A stretch of 43,797 nucleotides of DNA from Microcoleaceae cyanobacterium bin_387 (GTDB lineage Bacteria > Cyanobacteriota > Cyanobacteriia > Cyanobacteriales > Microcoleaceae): NCBI GenBank assembly GCA_037440985.1, contig JBBITB010000001.1, positions 1 through 43,797 on the forward strand, written 5' to 3'. Positions 1 to 8,428 of this stretch are shown piece by piece. The notes below the pieces were generated by a model. The model saw nothing but the letters and a program-made list of their open reading frames with translations. It did not search any database and was not told the DNA's origin. Numbering within the stretch: position 1 is the stretch's first letter; every line of letters starts with the position of its first letter. The position numbers and the translations under genes were made by a program.

Positions 1-57
1 AGGGGAGCTTAAAAATTATCTCTGCCCTTGCTCAGGGGAGCTTAAAAATTATCTCCC
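1..57. repeat. Short tandem direct repeat, aggggagcttaaaaattatctc occurring twice (1-22 and 36-57), followed by C/G-tract element
   Basis: Exact 22-mer seen twice 35 bp apart at the window start. It lies downstream of the 3' end of the WD40 gene. Adjacent tccccccc...gggggg tracts resemble the family at 21165 and 36343. Confidence 0.6.
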
Positions 58-179
58 CCCTTTATAAGGGGGGCTGGGGGGGATCGTAACTCGACTATTT
101 TTCTAACTAGCAACTTCGGTTAACTTGTTGTTTGTGGTAGTGACTTTAGTCACAAATACTCAGAATTTATCCGTTTTTT

Positions 180-2414
180 TCAAACATCCCGTAATTGTAG
201 AAAATGAACTCGTCCTGATGTTTCTCCCACGACAACAATTTTACCATTGGGCGCGATCGCGCAGCATTTTAACATACTCTCACCAGTCCAAGTTGCGATT
301 TCTTGACGGCGGGATAAATCCCAAACTTTGAGGGTATTGTCATCAGAAACCGAAATCAGAATATTTCCTTTTGTTGCAATGGAAGTAACCGCGTCTTGGT
401 GACCGATGAGGGTAAAAAGTTCCCTTTTATTTTCCCAATTCCAAACTTTAATTGTGCGATCGCGGGAGCCAGAAATCAACAATTGACCATCACTGCTAAG
501 GGCGACCGAATTGACATCATGGGTATGACCTTTCAAGCTATAATTATTCGAGCCTTTGACTAATTTAAAGACATCTTTCCATACCCCCTTTCCCCCAGGA
601 ATGTCGGAAATATTAATCATTTGATTACTCGTTCCTGAAATAATTTTTTTGCCATCGGATGTAATTACTAAAGAACGAATGCCATGATAATAATCATCGC
701 TTAAACTACAGATTTCTTTTTGGGTATCACGATCCCAAATTTTTAATGTATTATCTCCAGAAGCGGAAATAATTTGTTTGCCATTAGGAGTAACAACCAC
801 GACATTGACCCAATCTTGATGACCTGTCAACGTCCCTACTTTTTCTCCAGTTTCCCCATTCCAAATTTTAATTGTCCTGTCCCCAGACCCGGAAATAATC
901 TCTTTACTATCAGGAGTTAATGTTACCGATTTCACCCAATCACTATGGGATTTTACAGTGAAAAGTTCCTCACAATTTTCTAAATTCCAAACGTTGATCG
1001 TGCCATCTCCAGAACCGGAAATTACCCGTTTACCATCTCCGCTAATTACCACAGAATTAACACATTCAGAATGGCCTTGACAACGTAAAGTTTCGCCTTC
1101 AATATAATCTTGAAGATTCCATAGTTTAATGGATTTATCTGAAGAACCAGATAGGACCATATTTCCATCAGGAGTCATGGCAACCGTATTCACCGGTGCG
1201 ATATGATCAACCAGAGTAAATAATTCTTGACCTGTGGATAAATCCCATACTTTGAGAGTATTATCATTAGACGCAGAAATCACTTTTGTGCCATCAGGAG
1301 TTACCCATACATCATTAATATAGGCATTGTGACCTTGCCAAGTGGAAATTAATTGTCGAGTCTCTAAATTCCAAACTTTTAGACTCTGATCCCAAGAACA
1401 GGAAATCACTTGTTTTCCATCAGGGGTAATTGATAAACCTTTGACCCATTCTGTGTGACCGGAAAGACTAAAAAGTTCCTTTCCTGTCTCCAAATTCCAG
1501 ACTTTTAAGGTTTTATCTCCCGATCCTGAAATCAATCGTTGTCCATCGGGATGAACCGCGAGGGCTTGGACAAATCCACTATGACCTTTTAAAGTTAAAA
1601 GTCGCTCCCCTGTTTCTAAATTCCAAACTTTAATTGTCCCATCCCAAGAACCCGAAACAATGCGGGTTCCATCCACCGTTACCGCGACAGTTTCAACGGC
1701 AAAAGGTTCACCGCCAATTGTGAATAATTCTGACCCATTTTCTAAATCCCAAACTTTTAAGGTCTCATCCCAAGCGCCTGAAATTCCACGTTTCCCATCC
1801 GGGGTAATCGCGACAGCATTAATATAACTTCGATGACCCTCTAAGGTGAAAATTACATCTCCTGTTGCTAAATCCCAAACTTTTAATGTTTGATCTGAAC
1901 TTCCTGAAATTGCTCGTGTGCCATCGGGCGCTACCGCGATCGATTGTACCCAATCTCGATGACCCTTCCAAGTTTGTAATAACCGACTACCAGGAGGAGT
2001 TAGACTAGGATTTAAGGGTTCAATCGTGAGATTTTCGCTCTCTCTTGCTTGTTGAAGTAATTTCTGAATTTCTGGTTCAGAAAATGACATTAATCGACCT
2101 AATAATTGTGCCGGAAGTTGTTTTTTATCTTCCTTTAAAATATGCACTGATAATCTAATTGCGCTTTGAATTATTCTCAGAATTTTACTTTGCTCGAACA
2201 TCAAATTATCGGCGAAATCATAATCCTTTATTAATTTGTATGCTCCGACCTTTTCTAATTTAGCTTCGATAAAGGTATAATCGGTGAGAAGATGATATAA
2301 TTTATCGGGTTCTGTTTGGGCTAACTGATGAGGCAAGCTTTCTAGTAGCTGGCAGAGTTGGGGTTCCGATAACTGTTCAGGTAGCCAATCAAAAGATTTT
2401 TGAAAATCACTCAT
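180..2414 (-). CDS. WD40-repeat protein (about 14 WD repeats, i.e. two 7-bladed propellers) with a 130-aa N-terminal alpha-helical region
   Basis: 744-aa ORF. Residues from about 140 onward are back-to-back WD40 units with GH...(S/A)xSxDxT(I/L)K(V/L)W(N/D) signatures repeated about 14 times. The N-terminal 130 aa are non-repeat and helical. Start is ATG at 2414. Confidence 0.85.
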   Translation of the reverse strand: MSDFQKSFDWLPEQLSEPQLCQLLESLPHQLAQTEPDKLYHLLTDYTFIEAKLEKVGAYKLIKDYDFADNLMFEQSKILRIIQSAIRLSVHILKEDKKQLPAQLLGRLMSFSEPEIQKLLQQARESENLTIEPLNPSLTPPGSRLLQTWKGHRDWVQSIAVAPDGTRAISGSSDQTLKVWDLATGDVIFTLEGHRSYINAVAITPDGKRGISGAWDETLKVWDLENGSELFTIGGEPFAVETVAVTVDGTRIVSGSWDGTIKVWNLETGERLLTLKGHSGFVQALAVHPDGQRLISGSGDKTLKVWNLETGKELFSLSGHTEWVKGLSITPDGKQVISCSWDQSLKVWNLETRQLISTWQGHNAYINDVWVTPDGTKVISASNDNTLKVWDLSTGQELFTLVDHIAPVNTVAMTPDGNMVLSGSSDKSIKLWNLQDYIEGETLRCQGHSECVNSVVISGDGKRVISGSGDGTINVWNLENCEELFTVKSHSDWVKSVTLTPDSKEIISGSGDRTIKIWNGETGEKVGTLTGHQDWVNVVVVTPNGKQIISASGDNTLKIWDRDTQKEICSLSDDYYHGIRSLVITSDGKKIISGTSNQMINISDIPGGKGVWKDVFKLVKGSNNYSLKGHTHDVNSVALSSDGQLLISGSRDRTIKVWNWENKRELFTLIGHQDAVTSIATKGNILISVSDDNTLKVWDLSRRQEIATWTGESMLKCCAIAPNGKIVVVGETSGRVHFLQLRDV

Positions 2415-3280
2415 AATTGAAGGATTATGGCAAAAAGATAGTGGATTGTTTATGATACCCTGTCAGAGATATTGCTGCAATGATCTCGATCAAGACGTGG
2501 GAGAGAGTAACGACCAGGCAGAAAACCCCCGAAAGTTATCCTAATTGGGTGAGGATACCTGTTTGATCGGGTTGAGCTTTATAAATTGTTACTTTCTGAT
2601 GTCCTTTACATCCCTGTCTAATATTATAACTTACGAATTACCCTGAGCAGCATCCGAGACAAAATGAAACATTTTTTCAGATATAGCAATCCTAAATAGA
2701 TTGTGAGAGTTTGGGACTGAGGGTGTCTTGCTCCCTTGCTCCAAAACCATTTGCGAGGGAGATGCTCCCACTCCTATTATTAAGATTAAATCTGTTACGA
2801 CTGATCTAATATGGCTCTATTTTCCCTATGTCATTGGGCAATATATAGTCTTCAATTTCCTTTTCGTCTATACCTTCTTTGTCCTGCCATTCAAATTTTA
2901 TCCCAAGGATATTCTTGACTTTCTACAAAGGTTATTTATTCGTTATTTTTTTCCAAATTCAAGGGCAGGAGCAAGGATTTTTTTTTACTTATAGCGCTGA
3001 TTTATGGGGGAATTGGTACTCGGATACTTTCCTTTACTGTGACATATTAACTAATGGGTAAGTTCCGATGAATAATCTTTAAAGTTTTGACATTTGACTT
3101 CTGTCAGCTTGATCGGATCTTTATCATCCGTCTTCGGTGAAGTTATCCCCCGGCTTTAAATAGATATTTCTTATTGCTCCTGTATTATGGTCAAATTTAA
3201 AATAGATAATCTCTCTCATAACATCAGGAAAATGGGTAAAGTTTCACGATATTTTTGTCATTAGACATCTCCAAAAATTA

Positions 3281-3437
3281 CTGTAGGGTAGGCTAGGGAG
3301 CATCTCAAAGAAGCAAAAAAAACTGATAGGGGCACGGCAGTGCCGTGCCCGTACTTGAGGTAGCCTGTGCGGAGCATCAGAGCATCCCCCTCTCTAGGGA
3401 TCTAATAGGGCACGAGACGCTCCCACAGCCAATTTAG
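3281..3437. repeat. Dispersed intergenic repeat, family A copy (gggagcatctcaaagaagcaaaaaaaactg ... ggtagcctgtgcggagcatcagagc ... gagacgctccc), also containing a cacggcagtgccgtg palindrome
   Basis: Shares segments of at least 25 bp with 21349-21460, and gggagcgaga(c/t)gctc motifs with 15266-15376 and 19446-19526. Begins with the ctgtagggtaggct motif that is also found at 28622 and 39873. Confidence 0.6.
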
Positions 3438-3620
3438 ACAAATGAGTTAAACTGACGTAGATTTGTGACAGTTAAATGATCTGTCTTTGCCAAAAATTCT
3501 CAGTGTTGATGGGATATTTGCAATAGACGATACAGTTATGATTAATGGCGGAATCTTGATCGCGGCAAAAATAAATGTCCCACTATTGCCATTGGGGAGT
3601 AGATTAACAATAAAGAAACT

Positions 3621-4925
3621 TTAGAGACTTCTTTGAGGCAAAGTGAAATAAAAAGTAGCTCCTGCACCTAATTCTGATTCCACCCAGATTTTACCCCCAT
3701 GACGTGCTAAAATTTTTTGACAGATCGCGAGTCCGATTCCTGTACCCGAATATTCCTCTTGAGTATGGAGACGCTGAAAAATTTGAAAAATACGTGAAAA
3801 GTGCCTAGAATCAATACCTATGCCGTTATCTCGAACTGCGAATAGACTATAGTCATTTTCATGGATGCAAGTAATCTCAATGACAGGGGGTTCATCCCTA
3901 TGATACTTAATAGCATTGCTAATCAAATTTTGAAACAGTTGTACTAATTGAGAATTATCGCCCATCACCACGGGCATCATACTATAGATAATAGATGCTT
4001 TATTTTTCTGAATCACTCCTTGGAGATTAGCCATTACTTCTTCTAATATACGATTACAATCACATACCTCAAACTTTTGCCCCCTACTACTAACGCGTGA
4101 ATATTCTAGCAAATCATCGATCAATTTTTGCATTCGACTCGCTCCCTTCACAATTTTTTGAATAAATTGATGAGCCTTCGCGTCCAAGTTATCTTTATCA
4201 CGTTCTTGTAAGAGTTGTGCATAATTCGCGATCGTTGCCAGAGGCGCCTGTAAATCGTGAGAAGCAATAGAAGCAAATTGCTCTAATTCTGCATTAGAGC
4301 GGGCTAATTCCTGATTCGTTTTTTGTAGAGCTAATTCGGCTCGTTGTCGTTCACTAATTTCTTTTTGCAATAAAATATTTTGTTCCTGCAAAGTTTTTTC
4401 CACAGCCAAACGACTATTAATTTCCTGTTGCAATAAAATATTCTGATCCTGCAAAGTTTTTTCCACAGCCAAACGACTATTAATTTCCTGTTGCAGTAAA
4501 ACATTTTGTTCTCTCAACTGCATTTGTAACCGTCTTAGCACCAGTTGATTTTCTATTCTTGCTAAAACTTCTTCGACTTGAAATGGTTTACTGATATAAT
4601 CAACAGCCCCTAATGTAAATGCTTTAATCTTATCAAAAACTTCATCTTTGGCACTTAAAAAAATCACCGGAATTTCGCGTGTTTTCTGATCCTCTTTCAA
4701 TTTTTGACAAACTTCATATCCATCCATTTGAGGCATCATAATATCCAATAAAACCAAATCAGGTGCTTTGGTTTGTACTGCTCTCAATGCCATTTGCCCA
4801 TTGAGTACAGCCCGACATTGATAGCCACGTTCGCTCAATAATGTAGATAACAAACGCAGATTTTCCGGTTTATCATCAACAACTAAAATATTTCCCTGAA
4901 AAGACAATTCTTGTTCCTTATTCAT
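3621..4925 (-). CDS. Response-regulator / histidine-kinase fusion: N-terminal REC domain, coiled-coil linker, HisKA and HATPase_c
   Basis: The REC domain has the motifs DD...D(LLDIMMP)...K(ISKP). The H-box is ASIASHDLQAPL. The C-terminal region shows N/G1/G2 ATP-lid motifs (NAIKY, DNGIGID, GTGIGLAI). The ORF track starts at TTG 4931. The first ATG is at 4925 (MNKEQ...) and overlaps the upstream gene's TAA as ATGAATAA. Confidence 0.85.
   Translation of the reverse strand: MNKEQELSFQGNILVVDDKPENLRLLSTLLSERGYQCRAVLNGQMALRAVQTKAPDLVLLDIMMPQMDGYEVCQKLKEDQKTREIPVIFLSAKDEVFDKIKAFTLGAVDYISKPFQVEEVLARIENQLVLRRLQMQLREQNVLLQQEINSRLAVEKTLQDQNILLQQEINSRLAVEKTLQEQNILLQKEISERQRAELALQKTNQELARSNAELEQFASIASHDLQAPLATIANYAQLLQERDKDNLDAKAHQFIQKIVKGASRMQKLIDDLLEYSRVSSRGQKFEVCDCNRILEEVMANLQGVIQKNKASIIYSMMPVVMGDNSQLVQLFQNLISNAIKYHRDEPPVIEITCIHENDYSLFAVRDNGIGIDSRHFSRIFQIFQRLHTQEEYSGTGIGLAICQKILARHGGKIWVESELGAGATFYFTLPQRSL
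4368..4493. repeat. 63-bp in-frame tandem duplication inside the REC-HK gene (2 full copies plus a diverged partial third copy to about 4520)
   Basis: Copy 1 is 4368-4430, caataaaatattttgttcctgcaaagttttttccacagccaaacgactattaatttcctgttg. Copy 2 is 4431-4493 and differs at 2 positions. The encoded 21-aa unit is NILLQQEINSRLAVEKTLQ(D/E)Q, three heptads, sitting in the REC-to-HisKA linker. Confidence 0.8.
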
Positions 4926-7599
4926 AATCAATAAATTTTTCTGTTAAATCGGTAATTTTATCAAAGCGAAACTCTGTTACCCAAGTTTTGAGTAAATCCA
5001 TCAAATCTGAAAATTGGGGGGGGATTTCTAAGGTAAGTTCCCCAATTATTTGATCATCGGCGGCAAGGGCTCCATTATGGAGAGCCTTCACCCACCCCGG
5101 AGGCATTTCTTTGAGGATATCTAGTATTTTTTCATTGCTAGGAGTGTGATCAGAGGAAAATTCAGCACTGGTTTCTAGTGTGACATTTTCATAGAGATAT
5201 TTGACTCCTAAATGCTCACTCATTTTGGATAAAAGGATATCTTCTTGAAAGGGCTTGGAGACTAAATCGTCACAACCTGCGGCAAATACCAGATGTCTTT
5301 CTTCATCGAGAGCACTCGCGGTTAAAGCAATAATAATAGTATCATGACCTTTCGGTAAACCTCTAATTGATTTGGTGGCTTCATAGCCATCCATCACAGG
5401 CATTCGCATATCCATCCAAATTAAATGGGGTTTCCAATTTTCCCATATTTTGACACCCACTGCTCCATTTTCTGCTTCTTTTACTTCAAAACCAATACTG
5501 GAAAGTAATTTAACTAACAATTGCCGACTTTCCCAACGATCTTCTACCACTAAGATACGATATTGTGTTTGATCGGGTACTAATCCGATCACTCGTTGTG
5601 GTTTTTCTGGTGATGAAATCCCCCTGGATTCGACTAATTGCACTTTGACATCAAAGGAGAAAATTGTTCCTTTTCCCAAGGTACTCTCAACCGCGATCGT
5701 GCCTCCCATCAATTCAATAAATTTGCGACTAATCGGTAAACCCAGTCCCGTACCCGATTGAGAGATACGCCCGGATTCTGTTTGGGCAAAAGGTTCAAAT
5801 AAAAGATGTAATTCATCTTGGGCAATTCCCATCCCTGTATCTTCTATTTCCCACAAAATAAATTTTTCTTTGGGATTCTCTGTAGGGCGACTAGAGATAC
5901 GGATAGTGACATTTCCCCTTTCGGTAAATTTAATAGCATTACCGAGGATATTAATTAAAACTTGACGCAATTTACTTTCATCAATTTCCACATATTGAGG
6001 AACTTGGGAACTCATATTAAAGCGCAATTGTAGTCCTTTTCCCTTGGCTTTGAGATGAAACATCTCTTCTAAGCTATCGAGAAGTTCATAGAGATCAATG
6101 TGTTTAGGATTGATCGTTAACCGTCCGGCTTCTATTTTGGAAAGTTCTAAAACTTCATTAATTAATCCTAATAAATGTTGACCACTATTGCTAATAATTC
6201 TGACATATTCTTGGATTTCAGAAGACAGGGAAGCATGACGAGACATCAGTTGAGTAAATCCCAGAATGGCATTGAGGGGGGTTCTCAATTCGTGGCTCAT
6301 ATTTGCGAGAAATTCACTTTTCGCTTTATTGGCAGCATCCGCGGCGTCTTTGGCTTTTTTAATCGCGTCTTCTGCTTGTTTGCGTGTGGTAATATCCGTG
6401 ACACGCACCAGATTAATTATTTGCCCTGCAACATAGATTTGTTTAGTCGCTAAATTTCCCCAAAAAGGCTTCCCTTTTTTCGTTAAATACTCTACTTCTC
6501 TACTGCCAAATCCCTGATTTTCTCTCTCTGTAATCGGCGGACAATCCTCTTCGAGACAAGAGTTGCTAGAGCGAGTCACTCCTTCAAGATTGAGTAAGTC
6601 TTCTTTACTCTCTGCTTCAAACATTTCGACGGCTCGACGGTTGCAATCCTGAATTAATAATGTGTCTGGGTTGACGAGGAAAATGGCATCGGCTGATTCA
6701 TTGAAAATCGAAGAAAGTAAGTCTTTACTCCTAATTATTTCTGTTTCAGCTTTTTTGCGATCACTAATATCCTGACTGACACAAATAATACAAGTTTCCC
6801 CAGCAATTTCAATCAAGTCTGCTGATAACAAAAGGGTACGAATATCTCCTGATTTTTGGCGAAACTGAAATTCATGGTTTCGCACAATTCCCTTTTGATT
6901 TAAGACTTGATAAAAATTCGTGGGTTCCCCTTGATTTAACCAACCGGGTAAATTTTGTGAACTCTGTTCGAGCAAGTCTTCAGGAGTATAACCTGTCAGT
7001 TGTATAAAGGCTTCGTTTACTTCAATGAAAGCACCATCTTTCACTCGATTAATTGAAATGGGATTGGGGGAAGAGCGAAACGCGATCGCGAATTTTTCCT
7101 CGGATAGGCGTAAGGCAGATGTACGTTGTTCAACTAAATTTTCTAATTCTTCATTTAATTTCTGGAGTTGAATATTTTGTTCTGCGAATTGCCTTTCTAA
7201 AAAATAACTATGGACAGCTTCTTTGACAGTTAAGCGTAAATCTTCAATTTGCCAAGGTTTAGCTATATAGCGATAAAGTCTCGCGTACTTAATCGCATTC
7301 CCAATCGCTTCTAAATCCGCTTGCCCTGTCAGTAAAATATTCAGAGTCTTCGGGGTAATTTGATGGATTTTTCTGAGTAATTCATCCCCTTTGATTTGGG
7401 GCATAATATAATCACTAATTACTAAAGCTATTTCATAATTTTCTTCTAATAAATCTCTGAGTACCTCTAAGGCTTCTTCAGCTCCTTCCGCCGTTTCAAT
7501 CATATATTCATTTTCCAGAGTCGTCTTCAATTCAATTCTGAGACTCTCTAGGATCGTCGGTTCATCATCGACACAAAGAATAACGGTTTTTTTCTTCAT
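4918..7599 (-). CDS. Hybrid sensor histidine kinase: REC, PAS, PAS, HisKA, HATPase_c, REC, then an unassigned C-terminal domain of about 95 aa
   Basis: 893 aa. The N-terminal REC begins ILCVDDE...DYIMPQ. The H-box is NMSHELRTPLNAILGF, followed by HATPase motifs GNAIKFT, DTGMGI, GTGLGL. A second REC follows (ILVVEDRW...DMRMPVMDG...K). ATG at 7599 has the SD gaggtaaaaaa upstream. Confidence 0.85.
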   Translation of the reverse strand: MKKKTVILCVDDEPTILESLRIELKTTLENEYMIETAEGAEEALEVLRDLLEENYEIALVISDYIMPQIKGDELLRKIHQITPKTLNILLTGQADLEAIGNAIKYARLYRYIAKPWQIEDLRLTVKEAVHSYFLERQFAEQNIQLQKLNEELENLVEQRTSALRLSEEKFAIAFRSSPNPISINRVKDGAFIEVNEAFIQLTGYTPEDLLEQSSQNLPGWLNQGEPTNFYQVLNQKGIVRNHEFQFRQKSGDIRTLLLSADLIEIAGETCIICVSQDISDRKKAETEIIRSKDLLSSIFNESADAIFLVNPDTLLIQDCNRRAVEMFEAESKEDLLNLEGVTRSSNSCLEEDCPPITERENQGFGSREVEYLTKKGKPFWGNLATKQIYVAGQIINLVRVTDITTRKQAEDAIKKAKDAADAANKAKSEFLANMSHELRTPLNAILGFTQLMSRHASLSSEIQEYVRIISNSGQHLLGLINEVLELSKIEAGRLTINPKHIDLYELLDSLEEMFHLKAKGKGLQLRFNMSSQVPQYVEIDESKLRQVLINILGNAIKFTERGNVTIRISSRPTENPKEKFILWEIEDTGMGIAQDELHLLFEPFAQTESGRISQSGTGLGLPISRKFIELMGGTIAVESTLGKGTIFSFDVKVQLVESRGISSPEKPQRVIGLVPDQTQYRILVVEDRWESRQLLVKLLSSIGFEVKEAENGAVGVKIWENWKPHLIWMDMRMPVMDGYEATKSIRGLPKGHDTIIIALTASALDEERHLVFAAGCDDLVSKPFQEDILLSKMSEHLGVKYLYENVTLETSAEFSSDHTPSNEKILDILKEMPPGWVKALHNGALAADDQIIGELTLEIPPQFSDLMDLLKTWVTEFRFDKITDLTEKFIDYE

Positions 7600-7647
7600 T
7601 TTTTTACCTCTGGTCGATCCACTTAATACCTAAAAATTAGTGTTTTT

Positions 7648-8043
7648 TTACACTGTTTCTAAACCCGATTTTATTGTGTCAATTAATTCGTTGCTATCCC
7701 AGGGTTTGTAGAGACAGCGGTAAAGATTTGCTTCATTTACTACCCGTTCAATCGCCTCTGCATCAGCTTGGCCTGTTAACATAACTTTGACAATATTAGG
7801 GTATTTTTGATGAACTCTAATCAGAAATTCATCTCCCTTAATTCCGGGCATTAACCAGTCGGAAACTATTACTAAAATATCATTGCTTTCTTCTTCTATT
7901 TCATCAATGATTTCTAAGGCTTCATCGGCACTTTCAGCAAATTCATAAAAATAAGCCTCACCAAATTCTTTTTTTAGTTGAATTTTTAAGCTATTTAAAA
8001 CGACAGATTCATCATCTACACATAAAATTATTGGTTTAGACAT
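7648..8043 (-). CDS. Single-domain CheY-like response regulator
   Basis: 131 aa (ILCVDDE ... VSDWLMPGIKG ... LYKP). It is paralogous to the N-terminal REC of the 893-aa kinase. SD aaggag lies upstream of ATG 8043. Confidence 0.8.
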   Translation of the reverse strand: MSKPIILCVDDESVVLNSLKIQLKKEFGEAYFYEFAESADEALEIIDEIEEESNDILVIVSDWLMPGIKGDEFLIRVHQKYPNIVKVMLTGQADAEAIERVVNEANLYRCLYKPWDSNELIDTIKSGLETV

Positions 8044-8107
8044 TGGGCTTCACTCCTTTTTTTATTCTGAATTTAACTAGCAACTTCATGCCATAATATG
8101 ACAAAAA

Positions 8108-8344
8108 TTATGGTATGATTTGCTCATGTGTAAAGAGTCGTACATCATCATCCACTAGATAGTTATCATGGATGGGAGTTACACCATAAATAGTGCAACC
8201 CGTACCAAATAGCACCGGATCAAGGACAATCGGGATACCCGTAAAAAATGGCCCACGAAGACCGAAAATCCCTGGGATACAGTCGCGATCGCCAGATGAG
8301 GGACAAACTACTTCCCACCCCATAAATTTACATATTTGTATCAA
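8108..8344 (-). CDS. Hypothetical small protein (78 aa), family not recognised
   Basis: This ORF lies between the CBS-kinase and the CheY gene, all on one strand. Its composition is more GC-rich than the flanking AT-rich spacers. No recognisable motifs. Confidence 0.25.
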   Translation of the reverse strand: MIQICKFMGWEVVCPSSGDRDCIPGIFGLRGPFFTGIPIVLDPVLFGTGCTIYGVTPIHDNYLVDDDVRLFTHEQIIP

Positions 8345-8428
8345 CCTTAAAATGAAATCAGATAAGATGATTGTACCCTGACCATTACAGAGTCCTCTTA
8401 CAGCTTCCTATTATATCATCAATGTTGC

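Noticed and set aside
125-331. 68-aa plus-strand ORF
   Set aside because: It lies antisense to the 3' end of the WD40 gene. It has no RBS and no recognisable motifs. It is a shadow ORF.
2728-3061. Two overlapping plus-strand ORFs (88 and 60 aa) in the long spacer
   Set aside because: Extremely AT-rich, low-complexity Phe/Tyr/Ile-rich translations inside a repeat-laden non-coding region.
6175-6453. Antisense ORF inside the 893-aa kinase gene (and similar ORFs at 9240-10091, 10868-11941, 13897-14326, 17454-17654, 22982-23170, 24375-25020, 26489-27016, 28336-28789, 34562-34750, 35343-35612, 40019-40264, 42282-42746, 42997-43307)
   Set aside because: All are embedded in, and out of frame with or antisense to, long ORFs that have clear domain content. 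They are typical shadow ORFs.
98-8087. Shared 13-mer aactagcaacttc at 98-110 and 8075-8087
   Set aside because: A 13-mer coincidence is expected by chance in a window of this size (tens of such pairs), and the flanks do not match.
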